Positions 49,684-58,416 of a stretch of 64,000 nucleotides of DNA are shown in pieces. The position numbers and the translations under genes are program-made. The notes under the pieces are model-generated. The model made no database searches, was not told the origin of the DNA, and saw only the letters and a program-made list of their open reading frames with translations. Source of the DNA: a virus; IMG/VR virus record IMGVR_UViG_3300034103_001746, positions 85,533 through 149,532 of that record, one strand, 5' to 3'. Position 1 is the stretch's first letter. Each line of letters opens with the position of its first letter.

Positions 49684-50208
49684 TTATTTAGTTAACTTTT
49701 TCCACTGTTCAGGATCAGGTCTGTCTTTATCTCCAGGTTTTGCTGGTCTATAATTTTTACCCTCCTTTTGCTTCTTTTTTCTGATGTTGTCCCATAGTCC
49801 TGGTTTTGAGTCTGCTTCACTTTCTTCGTCATTTGACTCCACAAACATAACAAAATCGTGAATGGTTCTCATATAGTCCTCGGTGATGGCGATTTTACCC
49901 TGTAGCCAGCTTTCTGTCAAGTTTTCCTTAATATTTGGATTCTCAAGGGCTGCTAGTATCGCCTGACTATGTTGCATAATTGCTTTTAATGAACCAACGC
50001 TCATTTCAAAAAAATCTTGTTTATATTCTAAAAGTTCAGTATCTGTATTTTCATCAGACTTGCATTTTCCTTCCATGACATCTTGCGTTAAAGGATCGGC
50101 AAAATTATCCTCTTTATTTGAAGGATAAGTAGATACTTGATTAATTAATTTTTTAGATGATGTAACAGCATCATTGAGCTTATTTAGGATATCTATAAAT
50201 CTATTCAT
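49684..50208 (-). CDS. Modular phage protein (possible head-internal)
   Basis: LTESWLQGKIAITEDYM domain plus C-terminal KPGLWDNIRKK...PGDKDRP module. Confidence 0.6.
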   Translation of the reverse strand: MNRFIDILNKLNDAVTSSKKLINQVSTYPSNKEDNFADPLTQDVMEGKCKSDENTDTELLEYKQDFFEMSVGSLKAIMQHSQAILAALENPNIKENLTESWLQGKIAITEDYMRTIHDFVMFVESNDEESEADSKPGLWDNIRKKKQKEGKNYRPAKPGDKDRPDPEQWKKLTK

Positions 50209-50211
50209 GGG

Positions 50212-50628
50212 TTAATCCTTTAGTGGGCCACCAGTAATCCAAACGTCGCAAGTTCTGTCTCCAGCACATTTAAAATCAAATAGTTCACAATAGCCAAGAT
50301 TTGCTAATTCAACAATTTTTCCAGCCTCATTCATATCTTCTTCACAAATACCTTTTTCGATGCACTTGCGCATTTTTTCTTTTATAATAAATGCTGCACA
50401 ATTTTTACATCTCATAGTTTTAGCTTCTTCTACAGACGTTTTGAATAAATCTGCTTTTTGTATCCAAAATTCTGGATTATCTAATTCTGGATTGGCTGGT
50501 CCATAGTTAGCTTTTTCTACACAAATTTTGCGATTGGCTAAATTTAGAGTAATATCTTGAGTCGCTGGTGGACATTCTATATTGTTCTGTATTTGATTTA
50601 GAAGTTCGTCTGCTCGTGATTTAAACAT
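50212..50628 (-). CDS. Cys-rich phage protein
   Basis: CPPATQD, YGP, CKNCAAF, GYCELFDFKCAGDRTCDVW. Confidence 0.65.
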   Translation of the reverse strand: MFKSRADELLNQIQNNIECPPATQDITLNLANRKICVEKANYGPANPELDNPEFWIQKADLFKTSVEEAKTMRCKNCAAFIIKEKMRKCIEKGICEEDMNEAGKIVELANLGYCELFDFKCAGDRTCDVWITGGPLKD

Positions 50629-50632
50629 AAAA

Positions 50633-51175
50633 TTAAGCCTGAATACTTAAGAAGTTGTCTAAACCCATTTGGTCTATAAGCTTTAAAAAGCTTTCATAAA
50701 GAACAATACCATCCTCACTACCTTGAAGTAATGGAATCATAATATTAGCAGTTAATTCATCTCCTACTGCTCTGGCCGCTGTGATTGTTGCTTTTTCTGT
50801 AGCAGCAGCTTCTCTAACTGATTCTAAATTGTATTTGATCATAGCAACCATATCATGTCTAGTCCAAGAAGGAGGACTAACAGTAAGGGGTTGATAGTCA
50901 GCATCAAAAAATTCTAATCTAGATAGATTAATTATAGCATGTTCATGCTCTTCTTTCGCGTCTGCCCTGATGGTTTCTGCTAATTTTTTATAGCCCCATC
51001 TATCTAAATGAATTGCTTGTGCTGATAATGATGTCGTTTGTTGCCAGTGAATATTTAATGACTTTTTAAGTAGTTCAATAACCATATCACTAGAATAATT
51101 TTCAACTGTTTGTGCTGTTGTATTCACTATTTTATCCTTTTGTTCTTTTAATAGTTCTGATATTGTTTTAGTCAT
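50633..51175 (-). CDS. Bacterioferritin-like protein with altered ferroxidase centre
   Basis: RWGYKKL...EEHEHA...RLEFF, GDELT and IDQMGLDNFLSIQ match the Bfr pattern. Confidence 0.8.
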   Translation of the reverse strand: MTKTISELLKEQKDKIVNTTAQTVENYSSDMVIELLKKSLNIHWQQTTSLSAQAIHLDRWGYKKLAETIRADAKEEHEHAIINLSRLEFFDADYQPLTVSPPSWTRHDMVAMIKYNLESVREAAATEKATITAARAVGDELTANIMIPLLQGSEDGIVLYESFLKLIDQMGLDNFLSIQA

Positions 51176-51178
51176 TTT

Positions 51179-51694
51179 TCACCATGCCTTACAGGACCAG
51201 TATCTTGCTTTCCATTTAGGGCCAGGATTTTCACAATTATGTCTGGCTCTAAAACTTTTACGTCTTTCGGGAATATTCTTTTTTATTTTCATATTTGGGT
51301 CACCAAAATTTACTTTAACGACATTGCCTTTATCGTTTTTAACATAAACACTAAATTTTTTGGGGCCATCTGGTGTTCTGAATGGTTTATTTAAGGTTAC
51401 TTTGCGACCACCCTTTTCAGCAGCTATAAGCTTCTCATCTTCGTCATATATTGCTACACATTCTGTTTCCCATGTAAATTCATTCCATTCATCATCCCAT
51501 TCACAATTTGTAGCCAAAAGCTCGTCGTGCATTTGTTCAACAAGAGATGCCTTGTCTTTTTTTCTTGTTTGAGATAAACAAATAGCCACTCTCTGTTTTG
51601 TATCCGGGTAGTCTTTTTTCATTGTTTCGTTGCTCATGCAACGATTTAAGAACTTATTTTTTTCTTCGTTATCTTTTTTTTCTGGAATAGGCAT
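51179..51694 (-). CDS. Modular phage protein (possible head-internal)
   Basis: N-terminal module MPIP...FLNRCM...QRVAIC; C-terminal module VKVNFGD...RRKSFRARHNC...YWSCKAW. Confidence 0.65.
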   Translation of the reverse strand: MPIPEKKDNEEKNKFLNRCMSNETMKKDYPDTKQRVAICLSQTRKKDKASLVEQMHDELLATNCEWDDEWNEFTWETECVAIYDEDEKLIAAEKGGRKVTLNKPFRTPDGPKKFSVYVKNDKGNVVKVNFGDPNMKIKKNIPERRKSFRARHNCENPGPKWKARYWSCKAW

Positions 51695-51704
51695 ATATTA
51701 TCTC

Positions 51705-52769
51705 CTATGAACTAATACACCTTAACAGTTTATCGGCCGAATTTTTCCAGCTAAATTCTTTTGCGGTCAATATTCCATTTGGATTATTTTTGATCTGATT
51801 TTTATAAACATATTTCATGTAATCAACAATTTGATCTTTTTGTTGATCTCCAATTTTTGCCCATTGACCAAAACCCTTGAACCAAAGACCATCGTTAGCA
51901 TCTTCTAGTTCTGTGATATCAACCAATAACGAATTATTACTATTACAAAATTCCGTATGTGCAGAATAGTTGGTGACTATAACAGGCTTGTCCAGAGACA
52001 TTGTTTCTAACATATCCAAATTCCAGCCTTCTGATCTAGATATATAAACTCCGCAATTAGCATAACTAATAATATTGGCTAGTTCTTTTTGGGTTCTAAT
52101 TCTAGGAAATATTTTAATATGTTGTCTCATTTTGCTATTTTCAGCCAAATTATGCCATTGTTCTTCAATTTCTTGTGGTAAAAATGGGTTGTGTGTAACC
52201 ATCCATAGTTCAACATTATCTTCTGGACTAAAAGCTCTATTAAATAATTCAATAACTATATCATGAGATTTTCTTTTTTCCCATTTGCCAACAGTAATAA
52301 ATATATATTTATCTTCTATTTTATTAGAAGTAAATAATTCATGATTGAAAATTTCTCTATCAACACCAAGAGGTACAACACTAATAAGCTGTGTAATATT
52401 ATTTTGTAGCAAAACTTCTTTTGCCCATTGTGAAGATACTACTAATTCATCAGGAAAATTTAAATGATGAATTTCTCTTTCATTAAGAAGCGTCAACTCA
52501 AAAAATGGAAAAGCAAAATATTTCCCGTTACCTATTTTATTTGCTAAATCAAATTGATGCCATATCTTAATACACGGTGCATTATAATCAAACTCCGCTT
52601 GATTTTGTAATCCTTTTTGAATAATATCTACATCTGATTCATATTCGATATTTGGATTACCCATCGGAAATAATGCAATATTATTATCTTTAGATAATTG
52701 TTTGTATAAATTGATGCCAGCAACACCGTATCCTGTGCCGCCAATAGGACTATATAAATTAATATTCAT
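51705..52769 (-). CDS. Glycosyltransferase family 4
   Basis: TGYG, VPLGVD, GKWEKRK, SRSEGWNL, TNYSAHTEF. Confidence 0.9.
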   Translation of the reverse strand: MNINLYSPIGGTGYGVAGINLYKQLSKDNNIALFPMGNPNIEYESDVDIIQKGLQNQAEFDYNAPCIKIWHQFDLANKIGNGKYFAFPFFELTLLNEREIHHLNFPDELVVSSQWAKEVLLQNNITQLISVVPLGVDREIFNHELFTSNKIEDKYIFITVGKWEKRKSHDIVIELFNRAFSPEDNVELWMVTHNPFLPQEIEEQWHNLAENSKMRQHIKIFPRIRTQKELANIISYANCGVYISRSEGWNLDMLETMSLDKPVIVTNYSAHTEFCNSNNSLLVDITELEDANDGLWFKGFGQWAKIGDQQKDQIVDYMKYVYKNQIKNNPNGILTAKEFSWKNSADKLLRCISS

Positions 52770-52828
52770 TTTTCATAGACTTTATTATGAGTATTGTTGA
52801 CTTGTATAAATGTTATTTTTACTAATTT
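52766..52828 (-). pseudogene. Relic 3' end of a former guaC allele
   Basis: The intergenic frame reads KLVKITFIQVNNTHNKVYEK*, matching the GuaC C-terminal TFIxV..xHN.V motif; its TGA overlaps the GT ATG. Confidence 0.6.
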
Positions 52829-52872
52829 TATTACATATATCTATAAAATAGATTATATCAAAATCGCTTAGT

Positions 52873-54000
52873 TTATATACCAAAAACTGGATTTTTGTTG
52901 GAATGAATTTGATTAACCCTATAAAATTGTCCGCATTTACTCATATTTTTTATAGAGTTTGCTCCTATATAGCAACAACAAGATCTGATACCTCCCAATA
53001 ATTCTTGAACTATGGTATCTAAACTTCCTTTATATTGGACAGTAATTTTTGTTCCTTCGCTGGCTCTATAAGTTTTAATATTATCTTCATAAATTTCTTG
53101 AGCATGGTGGGTACTCATACCGTAATATGTGAACTCAATTTTTCTTTTTTCACACTCAAAATCATATTTGGGATTTAATGGTTGCCAAAATCCAGCGCTA
53201 GTAAGATACTCATACTTCCATTCTCCTTCACATTCATCTACTCCGCAAAAATACCCACCCAACATAACAAAATCCGCACCACCGCATATTGCTTTACATA
53301 CATCTCCAACAGTTTTGTGTCCCCCATCTGAGCAAATTAAACCCAGTTTTTTATCTCTATTTTGAAGGCCGTGGGCTATATAAGCATTTTCTAAACAACA
53401 AGACAATTGAGGCAGGCCGCAGCCTGTCAAGAAGCGTGTTGTACATGCGGAGCCTCCACCTATTCCGCATTTTACAATGTCTACGCCTCCGTAAATAATA
53501 AGTTCTTGTGTGGACGAAGTATTGGTTACATTACCAGCGATTATAATACTTTCTGGAAAATTATCTCTTACTTTTTTACAATACTTAACAAAAACATCCA
53601 TATGGCCATTAGGAACATCTATACAAATATTCGGTTGAAAATTGAGTTTATTTTTTAATTCCAATAAATGATTTAGATCGCTTTTTTTGTATCCAATAGA
53701 TACAAATGTATAGTCTAAATTATCTGGATGGTCTATAAAGTACTGTAATAATTGATCTACAGTATGATATTTATGTAAACAGGCTATCATTTTATGACGA
53801 GCTAGCGCAATAGCCATAGAAAAACTGCAAAAACTCATATTTGCACATATAATAGGTACACCTTTCCAAGTTCTTGGAGAATGGTAAAAGTGAAAGGTGC
53901 GACTAATATCTATATCTGATCTACTAGTTAAGGTAGACCTTTGAGGAGCAATTAAAACATCATCAAAATCTAACTTAGTTTCATTTATTATCTTTTGCAT
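52873..54000 (-). CDS. guaC: GMP reductase
   Basis: LDFDDVLI.PQRS, CIDVPNGH, GNV, GIGGGSACTTR, SDGG, YGMS, ASEG, GGIRSCC.Y.GA. Confidence 0.92.
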   Translation of the reverse strand: MQKIINETKLDFDDVLIAPQRSTLTSRSDIDISRTFHFYHSPRTWKGVPIICANMSFCSFSMAIALARHKMIACLHKYHTVDQLLQYFIDHPDNLDYTFVSIGYKKSDLNHLLELKNKLNFQPNICIDVPNGHMDVFVKYCKKVRDNFPESIIIAGNVTNTSSTQELIIYGGVDIVKCGIGGGSACTTRFLTGCGLPQLSCCLENAYIAHGLQNRDKKLGLICSDGGHKTVGDVCKAICGGADFVMLGGYFCGVDECEGEWKYEYLTSAGFWQPLNPKYDFECEKRKIEFTYYGMSTHHAQEIYEDNIKTYRASEGTKITVQYKGSLDTIVQELLGGIRSCCCYIGANSIKNMSKCGQFYRVNQIHSNKNPVFGI

Positions 54001-54457
54001 AATCGTAATCTATCTTTTTTCTATTTTGAAAATATTTTGAGCCGTATGAAACGAATATTTCTTCACCCGCTAATATTTTATGTTCCGCTATAACATCAGC
54101 TACAAAACGACTGTAATCAAATTTCCATTTAGTATTTGGCGTGTCTTGATGATTATACATCATACCGTAGCCTAATACCATATGAAAAACAAAGCCATGA
54201 TTCTTACATTCGTTACACGGACATGGCGGTTGACTATATAAATATTCCCAAATTTGAGGATCAGTATGATATCTTGATCTAAATGCTAGAGGAACCATAG
54301 GACAACGCTCTACTATTTCTCCTACCTCAATATCTTGAGTAGCAAAAACTCCACGAAAGTGTATTTCGGATAAACCTAGTTTTATTTTATTTGGTTGTAA
54401 AAATTCTACTGGTTCTATTTTTATTTCTGGTTGTGATTGTGTTATAGGATTATTCAT
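53981..54457 (-). CDS. SET-domain protein-lysine methyltransferase
   Basis: RGVFA..DI..GE, YNHQDTPN, GEEIFVSYG. Confidence 0.9.
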   Translation of the reverse strand: MNNPITQSQPEIKIEPVEFLQPNKIKLGLSEIHFRGVFATQDIEVGEIVERCPMVPLAFRSRYHTDPQIWEYLYSQPPCPCNECKNHGFVFHMVLGYGMMYNHQDTPNTKWKFDYSRFVADVIAEHKILAGEEIFVSYGSKYFQNRKKIDYDYAKDNK

Positions 54458-54984
54458 ATATTAAAAAAATACCACCTTTTATCTGTATCTATTTCTGTAT
54501 TAGAATTAATGTAATTTAGATAGTCTTTAATAGAGTCCCAAGAAGAAAAAATCATTTTGTGTGGAATGGTGCCAAATAACCAATCAGGAGCATTTTGTTT
54601 CCCTTGAACCATATGAATGATTATGGGTTTTTTTTGACGGTTTGCCCAGAAAATTTCCTCATATGTGCCACATGGATGAATATCTAGATCTAAGTTGACA
54701 ATTAAAAAATCACTTATATCTACTAGTCTTAGATCCACACTTCTAATAATTTTCATTAACTGTGATAGTTCTTCATAGTTTTCTGCTTTTTTTAATTTTT
54801 GCTTATACAGATGAGTTTGTGAATCCTCCATTCCAATGACAGATGGTTTCTTAATTGGATTGAATACTGTGATACCTAACTCCTCTAAGAATGGAGTAAT
54901 ACTATCTCTCCATCCATTCCCTCTGTCTGCTACTCTATCCATAGCACCAGCCAGATAAACTCTTTGATTATTTAATCTGTTCAT
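54454..54984 (-). CDS. Nucleoside 2-deoxyribosyltransferase/N-glycosidase-like protein
   Basis: VYLAGAM, WR, VFNP, DLRLVDISD, GTYEE. Confidence 0.82.
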   Translation of the reverse strand: MNRLNNQRVYLAGAMDRVADRGNGWRDSITPFLEELGITVFNPIKKPSVIGMEDSQTHLYKQKLKKAENYEELSQLMKIIRSVDLRLVDISDFLIVNLDLDIHPCGTYEEIFWANRQKKPIIIHMVQGKQNAPDWLFGTIPHKMIFSSWDSIKDYLNYINSNTEIDTDKRWYFFNI

Positions 54985-55111
54985 TTAGTAAAAAATCTAC
55001 TATATTTTTAGGCGACTTATAGTTTTTGTTTACTTGTCTACAAAGATTCATTTCTTCAAAACCCAAATATATTCCATAAAAAATACAGAAAACCAAAAAA
55101 TAATAATACAT
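54968..55111 (-). CDS. 47-aa single-TM protein (not in the ORF track)
   Basis: Manual translation MYYYFLVFCIFYGIYLGFEEMNL...NEQIK fills the gap between genes. Confidence 0.6.
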   Translation of the reverse strand: MYYYFLVFCIFYGIYLGFEEMNLCRQVNKNYKSPKNIVDFLLNEQIK

Positions 55112-55122
55112 AGTATTCAATT

Positions 55123-55665
55123 CTATTTGTAAGAGTAAATAAATACAGGAATATCATACCAAATATCTTGTATAAGATCTGCAATAAAATTCCAATTTCC
55201 ACCCGCTAGTCCACTACCAAATTTAGGAGCATGAATTTCAACCTTTAGAGAATCACTATTTTTTTCTAAGTCTTTAATATAATTTCGTACTTGTGTCATA
55301 GAATATACCAAAGCACCATAGTTTAATGGTCTGGCGTTTTGGGGGCCGATAAGTTTATTTTGTGCTATCATATTAGCAAAAATCATTTGATGCTTATATT
55401 TATTATCTGTTTTAGCTATGACAAATTGTACATGACCTAATTTGGACTTAGTGCCAAGTAAATGAAAATTTGTTTTTACTTGAGGATAAAGAGTAGCAAC
55501 CTGTCCAGCAAACCCAGCCCCAAAAGCATTAACGTTGTTACATACGTGTGGAATAACAACACTATTCCCATTATGTCCAGCAGATATTCTTGACTGGGCA
55601 ACATCAAATAAGTTTTTATTTCTTAATAAGGTTATATTACTATTGTTAATAATATTAGCGGTCAT
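55123..55665 (-). CDS. Macrodomain protein (TARG1/DarG-like ADP-ribosyl hydrolase fold)
   Basis: IPHVCNNVNAFGAGFA, FANMIAQ, PKFGSGLAGGNW. Confidence 0.85.
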   Translation of the reverse strand: MTANIINNSNITLLRNKNLFDVAQSRISAGHNGNSVVIPHVCNNVNAFGAGFAGQVATLYPQVKTNFHLLGTKSKLGHVQFVIAKTDNKYKHQMIFANMIAQNKLIGPQNARPLNYGALVYSMTQVRNYIKDLEKNSDSLKVEIHAPKFGSGLAGGNWNFIADLIQDIWYDIPVFIYSYK

Positions 55666-55967
55666 GATTTATTCCTTTCAACAGGTTGCCATTTTTCTAA
55701 TGGACATTTTTGATCAGCCCAAGCCAGTTTATTCAAAAATATTTTTTTATCATTAACATTGCATCCACACATTAAACATTGTCGTAACTCTTTGTGAAAC
55801 ATCTCACATTTTGTGCATATGTCGTATCTAGTATTAATTTCCTCTTGTGTTGATTTAGGAAAACCAGAATAGACATGAAAAAATAAAGACTTGATGAATG
55901 TGCTAAGTCTTTGAAGGTTCCTTGTAAGGATCTTTGTATTCTTTAAATGGTAAAATATTGCCATCAT
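55662..55967 (-). CDS. Cys-rich DUF6171-like protein
   Basis: RYDICTKC...CLMCGC...KCPLEKW. Confidence 0.65.
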   Translation of the reverse strand: MMAIFYHLKNTKILTRNLQRLSTFIKSLFFHVYSGFPKSTQEEINTRYDICTKCEMFHKELRQCLMCGCNVNDKKIFLNKLAWADQKCPLEKWQPVERNKS

Positions 55968-56157
55968 TATCTCTTTTGTATAATTCTATGATATCAACCA
56001 TTCTATTCCCCTCTAACCAAAATCCGCTACCATCAATCATTGATATGCAAAAATACTTCACGGATTCCTTTGATTTCTTAAAATCTGTAGTCTTAATAAG
56101 ATAAGATCCATTACTCACAAAAAAATCTCCAAAAGACAGTTCTTCAATATATTTCAT
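55903..56157 (-). CDS. Hypothetical protein
   Basis: 84-aa ORF. Confidence 0.6.
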   Translation of the reverse strand: MKYIEELSFGDFFVSNGSYLIKTTDFKKSKESVKYFCISMIDGSGFWLEGNRMVDIIELYKRDNDGNILPFKEYKDPYKEPSKT

Positions 56158-56344
56158 CGTTCCAATCTTCTAATAATTCATCTTCTAGTTCTTCTTCTAG
56201 AATCTGCTGTTTATGTCTCTTAAATTGTTTTTTAATTTTATTTTGATCTCGATACTCAGTATTTTCATACTTCTTATCTAAGTGACGCTTTTTCAAGTGA
56301 TCGCGTCGTGTATTTTTTCTGTTGTCTTGTTCTGAATTACTCAT
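56144..56344 (-). CDS. Small charged protein
   Basis: Start at MSNSEQ, just downstream of the promoter at 56366-56394. Confidence 0.6.
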   Translation of the reverse strand: MSNSEQDNRKNTRRDHLKKRHLDKKYENTEYRDQNKIKKQFKRHKQQILEEELEDELLEDWNDEIY

Positions 56345-56365
56345 TTTTCTTACGCCTTGCAAGGT

Positions 56366-56394
56366 ATTATAGGTGATCAGAGGACATACGCAAG
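56366..56394 (-). promoter_or_regulatory. Sigma70-type promoter
   Basis: TTGCGT-16 nt-TATAAT, the same spacing as the ssb and dCMP deaminase promoters. Confidence 0.6.
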
Positions 56395-56465
56395 CGGATC
56401 GATAAGAAATTTTAAACTTGACCACCATAAAAAATTGCATTATAGTTATGCAGCGGGTGGTAGTA

Positions 56466-57215
56466 CTATTCTTTATTGAACTCAATGTTTTCTATAATCC
56501 ACTTTTTATACATACTAATTCTAGTGTGACCTGCTTCGTCTCCGTAAGTTGAGTCTGGTTTTTTATCCTCTGCTATAACACATGAGTTAATACCAGCTAA
56601 TTTGTTTCCTATAAATAGGCCACCCCCACTATCTCCACTAGATATTAAAAATTCTAAAGCTGTTTTTTTATTGTTGACAGATGGCGAACATATTAATAAA
56701 TGTCTATCAATAGAATCAATTCTATTTGATCCTGCTCTTTGTTGTGTATCGGATTTGTTGGCCCCAGTATTAAAATTACCATGTAACCCAAATCCAGATA
56801 TAGAACACACCTTGCCTATCTCGTCATCTTTATCATATAGTTCGGGATAAAATTTTAATCCAATATCATCATCACACCAACCAATAGCAATATCATATAT
56901 TCCAAAATTCTGTTCATTAAAATCTTTGTGCGTAATAATTTTAGATACAGATATTTTTTTACTATTAATGTTTAAGGTGCATGTTTTAGAGCCTGCAACA
57001 ACGTGTGCTGCTGTAACTATCCATCTTGGTTTTATAGCCACAGCAGATGCACAATATGCTTTTTTATCTTCTGTTTGACCACAAAGTTTACCTACATAAA
57101 CAAAATTTTTAGCATATTCTATGTATCTTGAATCTGGAGTAGCTGGGTCTATAGTTCCGGCTAGTAAAATTGAGCTAAATAATGATACTATGAAAAATAA
57201 AATTAAATGTTTCAT
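56466..57215 (-). CDS. Secreted trypsin-like serine protease
   Basis: Signal peptide; VTAAHV, YDIAI, GDSGG. Confidence 0.92.
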   Translation of the reverse strand: MKHLILFFIVSLFSSILLAGTIDPATPDSRYIEYAKNFVYVGKLCGQTEDKKAYCASAVAIKPRWIVTAAHVVAGSKTCTLNINSKKISVSKIITHKDFNEQNFGIYDIAIGWCDDDIGLKFYPELYDKDDEIGKVCSISGFGLHGNFNTGANKSDTQQRAGSNRIDSIDRHLLICSPSVNNKKTALEFLISSGDSGGGLFIGNKLAGINSCVIAEDKKPDSTYGDEAGHTRISMYKKWIIENIEFNKE

Positions 57216-57406
57216 AGATTACCTGTTTATTTTATTGGCGATTTTCACCTTATTAAGAATACACCACTGGATTATTTTTATTTATAACATTGTGTATAGT
57301 TAACCTCTAAATCACTCTGATTGTCACAATAAAGGTATCTAGTATTGTCTTCTTGTTTTAAGATACTTAGGCAATCTTACAACAAACCTTATTTTATTCC
57401 AAAACA

Positions 57407-58414
57407 TTACGATAATACTTTAGATGCTATTAAACAACCTTTAGAAACAGCATGTAAAGGATCTTCTGCGTGTCTTACTTCTTTTATATTTAGTGGAAAA
57501 CTATTTTCTTCTAATTTTTTACGAAATAAATCTATGTATCCATCTGCCTGCGAAGTGCCGCCCGCCACAACAATAGATAGAGGATTTTTAAATTTGGGTA
57601 AAGCTTTATGTAATGTTAATGCTGAAGCTAATTGTTTAGTAGTATAATCTATTAGTCTATCATAGTATGCTGATACCGCAGCAAGCACCGGATTATCGTT
57701 CGGTTCGCCTATTTTAAAATTACCCGCCTCCTTCTCTGCCTGAACAACACTGTCCTGTTCTCCGGTCGCTACAGCACTCATACGATCAATCCAATCGCCA
57801 GATTTGGTCGTACTAAATACAACTGTTGGTTCGCCATTGAGCATAACACAAACATTAGTCATTCCAGCACCACAGCTAACTGCTATTCCTGTATAATCAT
57901 CATTCTCTAATTCAGCATAGCATAATGCTTCTGCTTCATTCACAGATCTAGCATCATAACCACATTCTGATAGAATGGTTTTAACCACATCCTCATGATA
58001 TCCAACATCAAAATCTTCATCTTCTTGATCTACTGGTTGTGCTGGAACACAAAAAACAAGTTTTTCACCGGGTTCCGATGCCTGCCCGACTACTTCTTTT
58101 AAGATAAATGCTAAAATTCTTTTTGCATTTTTTTCTTTTGCTGATACGACACCCTTATGCATCGGTCTTTTTGCTGTGTCGTTTCTTTCTATGGCTTTTT
58201 CTATAGCGTCCTTACCCAATAATATAAAAGAATTATCTGACTCATCTTTTATAAAAACTTTTCCTGATAAGCCTTTTTCTATCATTTTTGTGGCTACGGG
58301 TGTTGTTGGCTTAATTATATAGAAGGCATCTCTAAAGTCTTTATAGATAACGCCGCTCTGAGAATCTTCTGATAGAACAATGAAACTTGTTCCAACGTCT
58401 AAACCTTTAGCCAT
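57407..58414 (-). CDS. Actin-fold ATPase, volactin-like (MreB/FtsA/ParM superfamily)
   Basis: Phosphate-1 GLDVGTS, connect NEAEA, phosphate-2 SCGAGMTN, adenosine AGGTS, AVSKG. Confidence 0.85.
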   Translation of the reverse strand: MAKGLDVGTSFIVLSEDSQSGVIYKDFRDAFYIIKPTTPVATKMIEKGLSGKVFIKDESDNSFILLGKDAIEKAIERNDTAKRPMHKGVVSAKEKNAKRILAFILKEVVGQASEPGEKLVFCVPAQPVDQEDEDFDVGYHEDVVKTILSECGYDARSVNEAEALCYAELENDDYTGIAVSCGAGMTNVCVMLNGEPTVVFSTTKSGDWIDRMSAVATGEQDSVVQAEKEAGNFKIGEPNDNPVLAAVSAYYDRLIDYTTKQLASALTLHKALPKFKNPLSIVVAGGTSQADGYIDLFRKKLEENSFPLNIKEVRHAEDPLHAVSKGCLIASKVLS

Positions 58415-58416
58415 AA

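Noticed and set aside
56418-56446. Plus-strand TTGACC-17-TATAGT promoter antisense to the trypsin gene
   Set aside because: No plus-strand gene follows, and the same bases form a minus-strand hairpin plus U-tract that is better explained as the trypsin terminator. It cannot be excluded without RNA data.
57339-57407. 22-codon ORF (MFWNKIRFVVRLPKYLKTRRQY) coupled to the actin stop
   Set aside because: Too short to support; it may be a gene relic, but no recognisable homology.
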